DNA from: Lama glama | Taxonomy: Eukaryota | Length of the DNA: 64,000 bases | Reading direction: 5' to 3' | Assembly (NCBI GenBank): GCA_028534125.1 | Contig: CM052816.1 | Span: 65,474,001-65,538,000 of the forward strand | Part shown: piece after piece, positions 27,038 through 39,022 of the stretch | How the letters are laid out: the number at the start of each line of letters is the position of its first letter | How positions within the stretch are numbered: the stretch's first letter is position 1 | Translations under genes and position numbers: made by a program | The notes under the pieces: generated by a model | Seen by the model: only the letters and a program-made list of their open reading frames with translations | Database searches by the model: none | What the model was told of the DNA's origin: nothing

Positions 27038-28239
27038 GCTACGTGTATAGAAAGAGCCCATTGTTTTTGGTAGAGATTCCCTTTGGTTCATGGCATAGTT
27101 TAGACGGTAGCCCTTTCAGTCATGCCCCAGTTCAGCATGAACCTCCTTCCCACATCTCCCCATATGAGACTAAAAGCAAGGAGATAGTTTTTAAGATCTG
27201 CAGGTGAACTGTTCTAGTTGTAAAACAGAGAGCAGGTGCCTTTTGTATACTTCAATTTCCAGTCTTTTCAAAAACATCTCAGAACCTTTTCCAAAAACCA
27301 TTTTTTTCCAAAGTCTGATGAACATCCTTCTATTTTGTCATCATTTACAGTTTTTCAACTTACTAGAATTTGAAAGACACTTGCAATCCTGAAAAGCTAG
27401 GGAGACTAAAGCCATGGATGAAGAAAACAATGGCTTATTTCCCCTTTCACTGTAGAAAATTGTTCTTTATTTCTGTGGAAATAAGAAAGTGAAATGTTTT
27501 GTTGAGTCAAGAACAGTCTCAAGATCTTTCTGACAGCTTGTGTTCTGACAATGTGGGGGTTACTCTAAGCTTATTGTTCTGCTTTGGAAGTCCAAGAACC
27601 TTCCCCTTACAAGGGCAATTAAGAAAGCAAATTGTTCTTATAAATATGATTTTCTGTGCTTATGCTGAAAGCTAAAAGAATGGCCGAGCATTTTTCAGGA
27701 ATTTTTCATTTCTCAGCTATGCCTTGGAGATGTGTAATCCTTACTTAAGCAAACATCTATTTAAGGGATTCTGGATAATCTTCCTGTCAGGATATTCCAA
27801 CAACTAAGAAAGGTGTTCACCAGCCTGTGACTGATTTGCTGTGGAAAGAGAAATGTGGCTTCTCAAAGACAGTGCTGTGGCTTTGATTCAAGCTGCCGTA
27901 ATCAAAGTGTAAACATATCAATGAGTTTGTTTTGATTAAACTTTAGATGGAGATAGAGAATCAAGTTCACTGAGATCAAGGTAGGTATTCTTACTCTGAA
28001 GTGAATGGAAATAGAACTTGCAGAAACAGAAACAAGGACCTAAACATCCCCAGAGAGGCCTTGAAGGTAAATAGGAATATCCTTGGAGATAATTTGAGAA
28101 TGGAGCTTGTAACATTAGATCTTGGGTTGTCTACCTCCAGCCAACTGTACTGAGTCACAGAATGGTGTAGGGATGGTCAGAAAATTGGCGTTTTTTCCAC
28201 AAGGTCCTCCGAAGATTTTTATATACACTGAAACAGTAA

Positions 28240-28400
28240 CTGAGAATTTGCCTCAGTTTCTTGAACTGCAAAATGGAGATGGTGAAATAGGGTTGTTGGC
28301 GGATCGAATGAGTCCAGGTATGTAAAATGCTTAGAATAATGTGCTGTTTTGGAGTAAATGCCATAGTATTGGCTGTTTTCACTGTTATTGTTGTTGTTAC
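28240..28400 (+). mobile_element. MIR SINE remnant
   Basis: 'tgcctcagtttcttgaactgcaaaatggagat...atagggttgttggcggatcgaatgag...tgtaaaatgcttagaata'. Confidence 0.75.
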
Positions 28401-29704
28401 TTTTGTCAAGGGATCATCAATGTTAGCTGGAGTGGAAACAAACTAGAATATTTCTAATCACTGCAGCTATCAGAGACCTTAAATATAATGAAGCCAACAC
28501 ACAACTGAAGATTTAATGTAATTAATATGTTTAATATCAATATATTATTTAATATAATTTGAATACAATCTGGGATGTTGACTAGCCATCCTAATTATTT
28601 TCCATAGTTTCCTACTGCACATGTAAATTTTTTTTTGTTTAAACCCTTTACTTTTCTGGAAGGGTTCCATTTATTTTTATTACTTCAGAAATATTACTTC
28701 TAGATGTCATTCTAGAATCATGGCTGTGTTTTTATCTTGCATGTGGAAATCAATTTTTAGATCCTTTAAAACAAATGACATTTATAAAAACTAATGATGG
28801 GGTGACAGTGAGTCATAATATATGGTGTTGTTTTACATGGGTGCCGCCAGAGGCTCAGCTCTTCACTGGAGTCAAGGGCTCCTGAGGCAGGGAATGCCTC
28901 CCTGAGTGGAGTTGCTCCAGGAGTGAGAGTACACAGACATCCTCTCCTGGACTGTGGACCCTTCTTCCAGGTGAAGGCCATACTAATTTGGTCTTCACTG
29001 AGGGTCATGAAGTGAAGGAAGGCTTTGGGGAGGCAGCAAAACGAGAAAATCCACTGGGATCTGTCGGTGTGACTGAGCGGGGGCCACTTCCTCTAGTTCA
29101 CCATCAGTAACACAGCCATCATTCGTGCTTGGCAAAGATGAACGAATTTTATCCCTAAGAAAGAAGGACTCTCCTCACACTCTCTTCCTGTGCTAAGTTT
29201 TTATCAGTGTCTAACGATAGTTTGCATGACTCCATGACATGCCAAAATGAGGGCAGAGTGAAAGTGCCAGCCTGGTTGTGATTTCATATAGTTTTTGGTA
29301 TATGCTTAGTAGGCACACAGTTTTGGGTTGCATTGTGTTTGAATAAATAAACCTTTGTCTATTATTAGAGTTTTATGTGTTGCTTGAGGGATGATGATTT
29401 GGAATTGCCACATCGAATAACTTTTTCCTAGATCCTAATGACATAGTGAAGACATTGAGACATTTATATTTTAAATAATTGCTCCTTAAAGCTATTATAA
29501 CATTACACAGAGTTTGCATGTAAAGTGGATTTTGATGTGTTTTATATGACACGGAATTTGTTGTGATAGAATTAAAGATTTTCATAAAAGCATGTTAGAT
29601 AACACTTATTAAAAGATATGTAGGGGCAAATAGAATTTACCTCAACTTAAACTCATGAAAATGGTTTCTGGATTAGCTTGCTTTCTTATTTAACAAACAG
29701 CACT

Positions 29705-29870
29705 AATTTTGTGTCAGTTTATGGCACATTGAAAGTACAATGTAAGTGCTTGATGTAGCAAATACCAGGAAACCTTTTTAGATAGTTACTATTATTAGCC
29801 ACATTTTACAGGTGAGGAATTGGCTGCACAGAAAGGTTAAGTTCCTTTCCCAGGTCACACAGCCTAGTAA
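29705..29870 (-). mobile_element. MIR SINE
   Basis: 'attattagccacattttacaggtgaggaattggctgcacagaaaggttaagttcctttcccaggtcacacagc'. Confidence 0.8.
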
Positions 29871-30539
29871 ATATGATTCATATAGGCCTTCTATAGGAGT
29901 GTGTTAAAATCTGATTAATGGCATAGCCCTGATAAACAGATCATCTGCTTGTAGTCCACTAGGTTAATTCAGTAATCTTAAAGGCAGGGCTAAGGCTGAA
30001 CCTTCAATGTGTCCTTCTATTTCCATGGCTTTAAGAAATATTAAATGCTAAATGAAGCAGGGATGCCCACGGAACATCTAATGAGTCTTTTCCACTGTGC
30101 CCTTTTTAGAAACTCCTTTCTCATTATGTAGTGGTTTTTTTTTAATAAAAGAGAAGAAAATACTACTATGTATTACTGATTTCTATTTAGTTGATTTGAG
30201 TGTGTAAGTAATTACTTAGGTGTTATAATTTATTGTATCTTGGTTCATTATGCTCTTTTCACACTGTAAGCTTTCAGTCACCCTCTAATAAACTAATTAG
30301 GTCATGGTATTAGTAGAACTAATGTTTTCAAAAATTTCTCTTATAGACATTTATAAATAGGTGCATACGTACAACTATAAAAAATAATTTTATGGATACC
30401 ATAGGCAGTTTTAAAAATATTAAAAATGCAAAAAATTCAAATTTCAGTATAATAAGCACAATACAGACCAATTAGAATCAAAATTTTATCTTCTTTTATT
30501 GTCTTATTTTATATTTTAAAATTATAGTTAAAAATTAAA

Positions 30540-31520
30540 ATCCTTTTTATTCTGCATTCTGATCTTATTTCCCATATGCCATCAACCACTATTGCATAAT
30601 TAATGTATATATTACTTATTCATTTTTATGTTGCTTTTACACACACACATACACACACCCCCAAAATATGTGGTTTTAAATTTTACACAAATTTTAATTT
30701 TTTACCAATTATCCCTGAATAGTTCAGCACTGAAGGTGATAAAGACATGCAAACAAAGCCTGTATTGATTTAAAAAACAAAAACAAAACAAAACAAAAAC
30801 AACAACAACAAAAAAACCCCCTGGATTTGTGGGTAGATTGTAGGAAATGATTAACAATCCCTTCTGATAGTGATTCCCAACCAGCTTTTAGTCAGAGCCT
30901 TGACCACAGCAGCCCAGTCCTAGTGGAAAATAAAGTAGCATTTTGTACCATGCTTTTTTCACTAAACAATATTTTCCCTCCATTTTATGACTGTATACTT
31001 CTTTATTTGTCTGTTGCCTCATTGGTGGTTATTTAGATCATTTAAAAGTTCTTAGTATCAGAATAGTGCCTTGGAACATACCAATGAAGGCAGGGAGAAC
31101 TGTTTCAGTCTAAGAGATAATCCCAAGCAAACAAAATTGTGCACTCAATGACTTTATCTGTGAAATAAGTAAATGAATGACTAAACACTGCACTGAACAT
31201 CAGTGTCCTATTTGCTTCATTTGGAAAGCTGTTTTGAGGTATATAACCAGAAATAGAATTGCTGGGTCTTAGGGTAAATAAGATTACTGATTTCCCTAAA
31301 TAATGCTCAATTTCTCTCTGAAATGGCTGGAAGTTTACTCTCTGGTAATCAATGTACAGACCTGTATATGGCATTGTCACAACACAATTTTATCAGATTT
31401 AAAATTTTTTGCCTATTTGTTAGATGTCTGTCATTATTGTTTTAATTATTTACTTTTTTCCTTATTGCTAGACAAGTTGTGTATTTTCTCAAATGTTCAT
31501 TAGCCATTTTTTCTCTCAAT
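30540..31520 (-). mobile_element. Ancient L1ME-like fragment interrupted by a duplicated segment (30713-30934)
   Basis: 'atgcttttttcactaaacaatat...ggtggttatttagatc...ccagaaatagaattgctgggtcttagggta...tttttgcctatttgttag'. Approximate. Confidence 0.6.
30713..30934 (+). repeat. Copy 1 of a ~200-bp diverged direct duplication
   Basis: Shares 'tcagcactgaaggtgataaag...tgtaggaaatgattaacaatccc...ccaaccagcttt..gtcagagccttg...tcctagtggaaa' with 32824-33008; roughly 85-90% identical by eye outside the A/C-rich tract. Confidence 0.92.
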
Positions 31521-32823
31521 TTTTGTATCTAATTTAAACACTATTGTAACTTTATCATATGTTCCTAGAGCATATGCTTATTGATATAAGTGCAGAATGA
31601 CAGTATATATGCCAAACCACTTACAGTTTAAACTTATAGATGATAAATAACTTTAGCCACTAAATATTCCACAGTGTATAGTAAAATATTAATACCGAAC
31701 TATTCACTCAAAAACTCTTTGAGCAATTATCATCTTTGTTTCTTTATCTGTAATAATTTGACTTCAAGTATAGATAATGAGTACCATGATTCTGAAAATA
31801 GAAGACCACTAATTTTATTATACCTGGGGCATAAATTCCTAGAACCTGTCTTCTAGTTTCAGTAATTATGAAATTAATTTTATGTACCGTTACTCTATTA
31901 ACAACCATATAGCAAATACATCATAGTGCTGTTACATTTTTTAAGTAACTGAAAGCTCATTGGACAGAATGTGTATTAGTTTTTATCAGTACTTTTTGGG
32001 TAAGATGAATTCTGTAAGCTAATATCCCAGTCATAAATTTTTAGGGACAATAGTAGGGTTTTAATGGGCAACATTAAAACTTTGGAGTTTTGCAAAAACA
32101 ACTTACATAACTTATGTAAAAGTCAACAGTTATTTCTATGTTAGTATCAATGCAGTTCTCTGATATGTGAAGACTGAAAGAGAGACAGAGAGATTGAGAG
32201 AGGCAGAAAGACAGAAAAACAGACAGAATGAAATAATTTAGACCAGAAAGACAGAATAAGTTTCTGGAATTATGGAAAGAGAATGAATATGGTAGAAATA
32301 GATGGAGCTAGCGATATTGAGGAATGATTGTTCTTTACTTTTGTCCTATCATAGGATGACTTAGTTTGATGTTATTTTAGTCATCTTATAGCAGTTTATA
32401 CCCTAAAAACAGTAGGAAAAAATAATCAGTTTCTATACTATCTGAATGTTGTCAATGCAGGTCAGGTATCAGAAGTCAGATTTGAAGTCTGGGGAAAACT
32501 CCGAAAAACTCCTGAAAAAAATATACTTGATCTTGATAATAGATTGACAAAGGAAATTGAGGTCAAATATGAGAGCTAATGAAAGAGTGAATGATAATAA
32601 GTAAAACCCACAAAGTATCATAAATGTCATTTGACTGTTTCCCCTTCCTTACCCAAGACAATTTCATGAGAGTTGCTAACAATACATCTTCAACATTATA
32701 TAAGCTTTATAAGCATCCCCCTCAACGGTTCTCTCTGACTAAGATAACAAGGAATAACGTGTCCATAAGATACAAAAGAAGGAAGATGTATAATGTATTA
32801 ATAATATACCACCGATCAAAAAA

Positions 32824-33008
32824 CCCTGGATAAATCAGCATTGAAGGTGATAAAGGCATGAGAACAAAGCTTGTACTGATTAGAAAAACAAACAAACAAA
32901 AACTAGAAAGTGTGGGTAGGCTGTAGGAAATGATTAACAATCCCTCTGATGGTAATTTCCAACCAGCTTTCAGTCAGAGCCTTGCAGCCCCATCCTAGTG
33001 GAAATAAA
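32824..33008 (+). repeat. Copy 2 of the ~200-bp direct duplication
   Basis: Matches 30713-30934. Confidence 0.92.
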
Positions 33009-33454
33009 TATTCAGACAATTTGAAGGGAGTGGAGAGAGCAGAAGAAAGTATGATGAAAGACCTGAAAAATTATGCAACAGAAGAGAATTTACAGCCTGG
33101 CTTATTAAATGAATGGACATATTAGTTACTTTGTTTTGAAAAGAGAATAAAATGCTTCAAGGGAAAGATATTTCAGGGGTGATACTAAGGGCAATTATGA
33201 GAATTCCTGGGACAAAATAAAGATTTCTTATCAAGAAAAATTTCCTGGGAGTGTGATCTCTCAGAAAACTTTCCGATGTAGTTAATCAGAATTTCCTTAA
33301 GACATAAGGAAATTGGTCAAGACATCCACAGAAAATGGTCAGTACAAGAGATATTTCATACTTAACTGCAGACAGATAGCGGAGTGGAACTCCTGTGTCT
33401 TTTCATGTGTAATTCCTCTGAGAAAAAACACCAGAGAACCCTACAAGAGGGGCT

Positions 33455-33665
33455 AGAACAAATACTCAGTACATTCTAATTGGGAGTCTCTCTCCCTCGT
33501 TAGCTGTGAGCAAGGACAAATTACTTCAACTTTCTACATCTTAGTTTTCCTGGTCTGTGAAACGTGCATAGATTTATGGCATCTTATTTAAGGCTATTGT
33601 TAGTATCAATTACAAAAGCATGTAAAACTTTTACCATATGCCATGGCTCTCAGTGCTCCATGTGG
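33455..33665 (+). mobile_element. MIR SINE
   Basis: 'tagctgtgagcaaggacaaattacttcaactttctacatcttagttttcctggtctgtgaaa'. Confidence 0.65.
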
Positions 33666-34222
33666 GTAGTGACTGGTTAACCCATTTCTTTACAGGGTAA
33701 TTAAAAGGAGACCATGTGTCTTTTAAATATCAAAACAGTCAGAATAGAAATATTGCTGAGAAATTTTGCTTTATCTCAGCAGCATTAGAACATCACAAAT
33801 GGAATATTGTTTTCCCCATAAAGGTTAACCCGGATATGACATTTATAGGATTTACGGTAACGGTACTGGTATCTGTGAACTGTATTATTAGACTGGGTCT
33901 TATTACTTCATTTTGAATATTGACATTAAGTTAAATATGACTTTTGTTACTTGAGATTAACCTTTTCTTTTCTGCATTATGAGAACGAGTATAATTGTGT
34001 TACTCATGAGACTTTGAGAAAGTAGGGTGTCATGGACATTCTCATTGAATTATTAGTGTGCAGAATTCTAGAGTTCTGTTTTGCAAGAAGCAAGAATTCC
34101 CACATTTCATTTGAGGTAAAAAGTAAAAAATAAAAAAAAAGAGTTTTTCAGCCACAAAAAGAAAAGTGAGTACCCAACAGCAATGGAAGCTTCAGAAGCC
34201 TTTGTTGTTTCTTTTTATCACA

Positions 34223-34224
34223 TT

Positions 34225-34271
<47 letters not shown>

Positions 34272-34272
34272 T
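34223..34272. repeat. (TTTA)n microsatellite
   Basis: Direct reading. Confidence 0.95.
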
Positions 34273-34329
34273 TGCCTTGAACAAATTCCTGTGTTTTTAT
34301 TCAGTTTAACATTTAAAAGTTGTATGATT

Positions 34330-35492
34330 TTTTAAAAACATTTTTTATTGAGTTATAGTCATTTTACAATGTTGTGTCAAATTCCAGTGTAGAGCACAAT
34401 TTTTCAGTTATACATGAACATACATATATTCATTGTCACATTTTTTTTCACTATGAGCTACCACAAGATCTTGTATATATTTCCCTGTGCTATACAGTAT
34501 AATCTTGTTTATCTATTCTACATTTTGAAATCCCAGTCTGTCCCTTCCCACCACCCGCCCCCTTGGCAACCACAAATTTGTATTCTATGTCTGTGAGTCT
34601 GTTTCTGTTTTGTATTTATGTTCTTCTTTTTTTTTTTTTTAAGATTCCACATATGAGCAATCTCATATGGTATTTTTNNNNNNNNNNNNNNNNNNNNNNN
34701 NNNNNNNNNNNNNNNNNNNNNNNNNNNNNNNNNNNNNNNNNNNNNNNNNNNNNNNNNNNNNNNNNNNNNNNNNNNNNNNNNNNNNNNNNNNNNNNNNNNN
34801 NNNNNNNNNNNNNNNNNNNNNNNNNNNNNNNNNNNNNNNNNNNNNNNNNNNNNNNNNNNNNNNNNNNNNNNNNNNNNNNNNNNNNNNNNNNNNNNNNNNN
34901 NNNNNNNNNNNNNNNNNNNNNNNNNNNNNNNNNNNNNNNNNNNNNNNNNNNNNNNNNNNNNNNNNNNNNNNNNNNNNNNNNNNNNNNNNNNNNNNNNNNN
35001 NNNNNNNNNNNNNNNNNNNNNNNNNNNNNNNNNNNNNNNNNNNNNNNNNNNNNNNNNNNNNNNNNNNNNNNNNNNNNNNNNNNNNNNNNNNNNNNNNNNN
35101 NNNNNNNNNNNNNNNNNNNNNNNNNNNNNNNNNNNNNNNNNNNNNNNNNNNNNNNNNNNNNNNNNNNNNNNNNNNNNCAGCATTTGTCATTTGTGGACTT
35201 TTGAATGATGGCCATTCTGACTGGTTTGAGGTGATAACTCATTGTAGTTTTGATTTGCATTTCTCTGATAATTAGTGATATTGAGCATTTTTTCATGTGT
35301 CTATTGATCATTTGTATTTCTTCTTTGGAGAATTGCTTGTTTAGGTCTTCTGCCCATTTCTTGGATTGGGTTGTTTGTTTTTTTCTTATTAAATCGTATG
35401 AGCTACTTATATATTCTGGAGATCAAGCCTTTGTCGGTTTCATTTGCAAAAATTTTCTCCCATTCCGTAGCTTGTCTTTTTGTTTTACTCAT
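34330..35492 (-). mobile_element. Young 5'-truncated L1 spanning an assembly gap
   Basis: 3' UTR 'ttttttattgagttatagtcattttacaatgttgtg'; ORF2 C-terminus [28 protein letters not shown]. Confidence 0.92.
34678..35177. other. Assembly gap (500 N)
   Basis: Direct reading. Confidence 1.
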
Positions 35493-35519
35493 GTTTTTAA
35501 ATGAAGGTTTTCCTGCTTT

Positions 35520-35885
35520 CCTACTTTCCTACATCACATTGAGGATAAGACCCTCCTGTACTTTTACGTAACCAGGTCCCTTCTCAGCTGTAAAACTCAT
35601 CTAACTTCTCCATGAGATCTTTCTTGCCTCATCCCACTGTCAGCCCCCAGCTTGAATTCTTCCTGCTTCCCTCCACACCCTCCACACTGAGTCAGCAGAC
35701 TTCTGTTTAGTTGTGTAATTGTTTATATACTTCTGATGTGTGCTCTTGCACGTATTTCCTCTGTCCCATTTAGAATCAGGAGCTCTCAAGGAAATAAAGA
35801 ACATCTTCTCGTTCCCTAATAATCCCCAAAGCCCTCGATGCCATGCTGTGCCCACAGAAGGCAATCAGTAAACCTGTTAGAACTG
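35520..35885 (+). mobile_element. L2 3' remnant
   Basis: 'tagaatcaggagctctcaaggaaataaagaac...tgcccacagaaggcaatcagtaaacctgttagaa'. Confidence 0.6.
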
Positions 35886-36726
35886 ACTGGAGCCCCCTCT
35901 CCCCTACATTTGCCTTAGGTGGTCTGCTGAGCTCTGTCTAAAGTAATTGAGGCTTGGGATTTGTATTCTCATTGTGCTAATGGTTATTACTTCCTTTATT
36001 TTTGAACAATTCATCATTGGGTTCCAAGCTAACCATGCTTTTCTCTGCATCCTAGCAATTCTCAGTGAGAAGTCATTTGTTCTCCTAGGTCATCCTCCCC
36101 CGAGTAGGAGGAGGATAAGAGGAAGTTGCAGTATTTACTCTAAGAGAACCTTGAGCACTTGAGCCCCGAGGCTGCTTCTAGACTAATGTTTCTGTTCAGC
36201 TGCTCCCTGGTTTTTCATCAAGGGAAACCAAGTTTGTGTCTGAAGATCAACTTCATCTGGCATTTCTCTCTACTCCCTGCTGTGTTTCTTGCTATCTGGA
36301 AACTTCTCAGCAGAGTAAAGGCTCTTGGCACCACGAACCCTTTTCCTCTCTCAAATTCCATGCTCTTCCTTGGACTGTTAGTTTCTTTTTCAGAAAATTC
36401 TATTCTTGTAAAACCACTGAGAAATCAGTGTTGGGCTTTCAGCTGTAAAATCACTTCAAGGAATGTGTTTTAGCAAAAGAGGTGCCATTCTTTTGAAGAG
36501 TTTAGATTTTTCTGTTTATAGAAAAGAGTTCCTGGGAATAGTGTGCTATGCTGAAAGTATTAAACAGTTCCTATTTCTTCAACAGTAATTTTTCTTCTGG
36601 GGTTTACGAGGGAAAAGGTTAGAAGTTCAGGGCTCTGATCTTGGTTCAGTCTCTAGCTTGGCCATTTGAGGCAAGTTCCTTTATGTCCATTGACTTCCAT
36701 TTTCTCACGTAAAACATGATGAGTAA

Positions 36727-37173
36727 TGTCGACTTAAAAAAATGCACAACCTGAAAGTAGAGAATTGTTTTATTCAGCAGACTTGCTGCAGAGTTAATCC
36801 TGGGAGAAGCTTCTCAGATAGCTCTGAGATACTACTCTGAAGAGGTAAGGGAGGAGCCAGGATATATAGGAGACTTCACAAACAAACAAACAAAAACAGA
36901 TAGTCAGAAGATCAAAAGATTACAGTTACCTAAAGAAAAACCAGACATCTGAAGTTAATGAATATAGCATTTTTCTATGTATGGGAAGATGCAAGAGTCT
37001 GGGCTTACTGAAATCATATCTTTGATATGCACCTTAACAATCTAGAACCAGTATCCTGTTTCCTCCATCCTGAGTCCACTCGGGGTGCACCATTGAGGTG
37101 GGGGAAGCTGCAGTGGCTGATGGCTGCAACACCTGTTATTGACTGATACGGCAGGTGACATTCTTCATCCACA
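36727..37173 (-). mobile_element. ERV1 solo LTR (MER41-like), inserted into a MIR3-like element
   Basis: TG...CA termini; 'ttctcagatagctctgag', 'atgggaagatgcaagagtctgggcttactgaaatcatatctttgatatgcacc'; AATAAA and TATA on the - strand; MIR pieces at ~36620-36726 and ~37174-37238. Confidence 0.8.
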
Positions 37174-38653
37174 GTGGAGTGAACAGATGAAATAGATGTT
37201 CTTCAAAGCACCTTTCAAATCTAAAATGTTATGATTCTACCACTAAATTCTCATCTCCTCAACACCAGGTAACACTTAACCAGATAACATTAGTATTGTT
37301 GAAAATATATTTGAGGATATTCTTGGTTTAAAAAAAAAAAAAGGATGATCCACACAAAAAGGAAAGAATTTTGAGCCAGTGCTCAAAATTGTAGTCAGAG
37401 TGACTTTCATGTCCTAAACTGAAGGAAGTAAGTGGAATTAATGGAGGCTTAGGTAATCCCTCTTTTATCAAGATTAATCACTTACTTTTAAATTAGTCAT
37501 TGTGAATTGACATAGCCAATTTGACTCTTTATAGTTATCAGGTTCTTTTTGGCAAATAGCCTGCATTAATTAGAAGAGAATATGATACCTAGGTCTCCTC
37601 TCCAAAACCAGACTATCAGGTATAACATAATAACAAAAGCAAATTTCAGACTGAATTGTGATTTACTCGCCAGCTGCTACTGTCAAGGAGGGTACAAACT
37701 GTCATCCAGCCTGTTTTCATGAGCTCCACAGACACTCTGCAATCTGTCCTTTAGACATTCTGATAAGTGTGTTACATGGAAGATTCATGCAGGGTTGGTG
37801 TGACAACGTTCTTGAGGCAGGATTAGCTCCCACTCTAGTCAGAATTTGATGGCAGATTCCACTTAAGGCAACAGGACTCAAGACCCAGATGGAGCCCCAG
37901 GCAGAGAGGAGGACAACGTTTAGATTCCTGTATATCCCTGTTCATCAGTGACAAAGGTACAATTTTTTAATCAAACCACATTTCTTGAATTCCACTTAAT
38001 TCATCTATGAGAATGAATGTGGATTAACACATCTTTTAGTTATAGCTCAAGATAGCAATAGTTGATGCTCACTGAATGGCCGTGTTTGGAATGCAGACTC
38101 CATGTTAAGATTCTTTAGATGTCAAAAAATACCCCTAAAATGAAGGAAAACACACTCGGTCTCTTTTTCTCTCACACACGTACACTACACTACTTAAGTT
38201 GAAATACTTCAAGATACATTATTTCAGGCTACATAACAACATGACAAAATTTTCTAGTAGTGCCAAGAGACATGTCTCTGCTTAGGTATAAGACTATACC
38301 AATTTTATGTAACTTTCTAGAAATAATAAATATAAAAATATGTATGTGTAGATAACTCCCCTCCTTTTTTTAAATAAATAAGAACATGTTACACATTTTT
38401 AACATATAAATTCTCTTAGATATTTTTATAGCAGCATATATAACACAGCTCTATTTTTCAATATATTGTTTGAATACATTTTAAAGTGTATAAATTAATT
38501 TATATTTATCATTTATAAAACAGTCCATGGCCACATGTCTAGCAATTTGTATTTTTCACTAATCTCAGATCGAGTGATCATAATCATGTGATTACTCCCA
38601 GTTCGAAAATATTAGATCTAGTTTAAACTGATAAATTCTGTTATTCTTGAGAC

Positions 38654-38877
38654 CATAGGTTAGCAAACTTTTTTTAAATAAAGAGCCAAGTTAGTAAATA
38701 TTTTAGGCTTTGAGAGCCGTAAAGATTCTGTTATAGCCACTCAAAATCTGTCTTCTTAGCACAAAGCAGCCCATGGCAATATGTAAATTTATGAGCATGG
38801 CTGTGTTACAATAAAATCTTATTTCCAAACCAGGCTAGGAGCTTGATTTGGCCTGAGGGCCAGTTTGCTGAGCCCTG
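38654..38877 (+). mobile_element. MER58A-like hAT-Charlie MITE
   Basis: TIRs CATAGGTTAGCAAACT ... AGTTTGCTGAGCCCTG; internal 'tagtaaatattttaggctttg...gagcatggctgtgttacaataaaa'. Confidence 0.85.
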
Positions 38878-38924
38878 AAACTAGACCAGCATCTGGAAGT
38901 GGCCAACTTGTGGATGAATTTCCA

Positions 38925-39022
38925 TAAGACTGGGAGCTCCTTAAAGGCAAGGTCTGTATCTTTTCATCTCCAATTCCCCCCAGTCCCTAGGTGAACAGTG
39001 ACTCAACAAATGTTTTTTGAAT
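38925..39022 (+). mobile_element. L2 3' terminus
   Basis: 'agactgggagctccttaaaggcaaggtctgtatctttt...actcaacaaatgttttttgaat'. Confidence 0.65.

Noticed and set aside
28995..29154. Apparent - strand exon (acceptor cttctttcttag; DKIRSSLPST...)
   Set aside because: Overlaps a degraded MIR core, lies opposite to the host strand, and the peptide is unrecognised.
34518..35311. Long ORFs of 175-231 aa in the track
   Set aside because: Artefacts of translating through the 500-N gap inside an L1.
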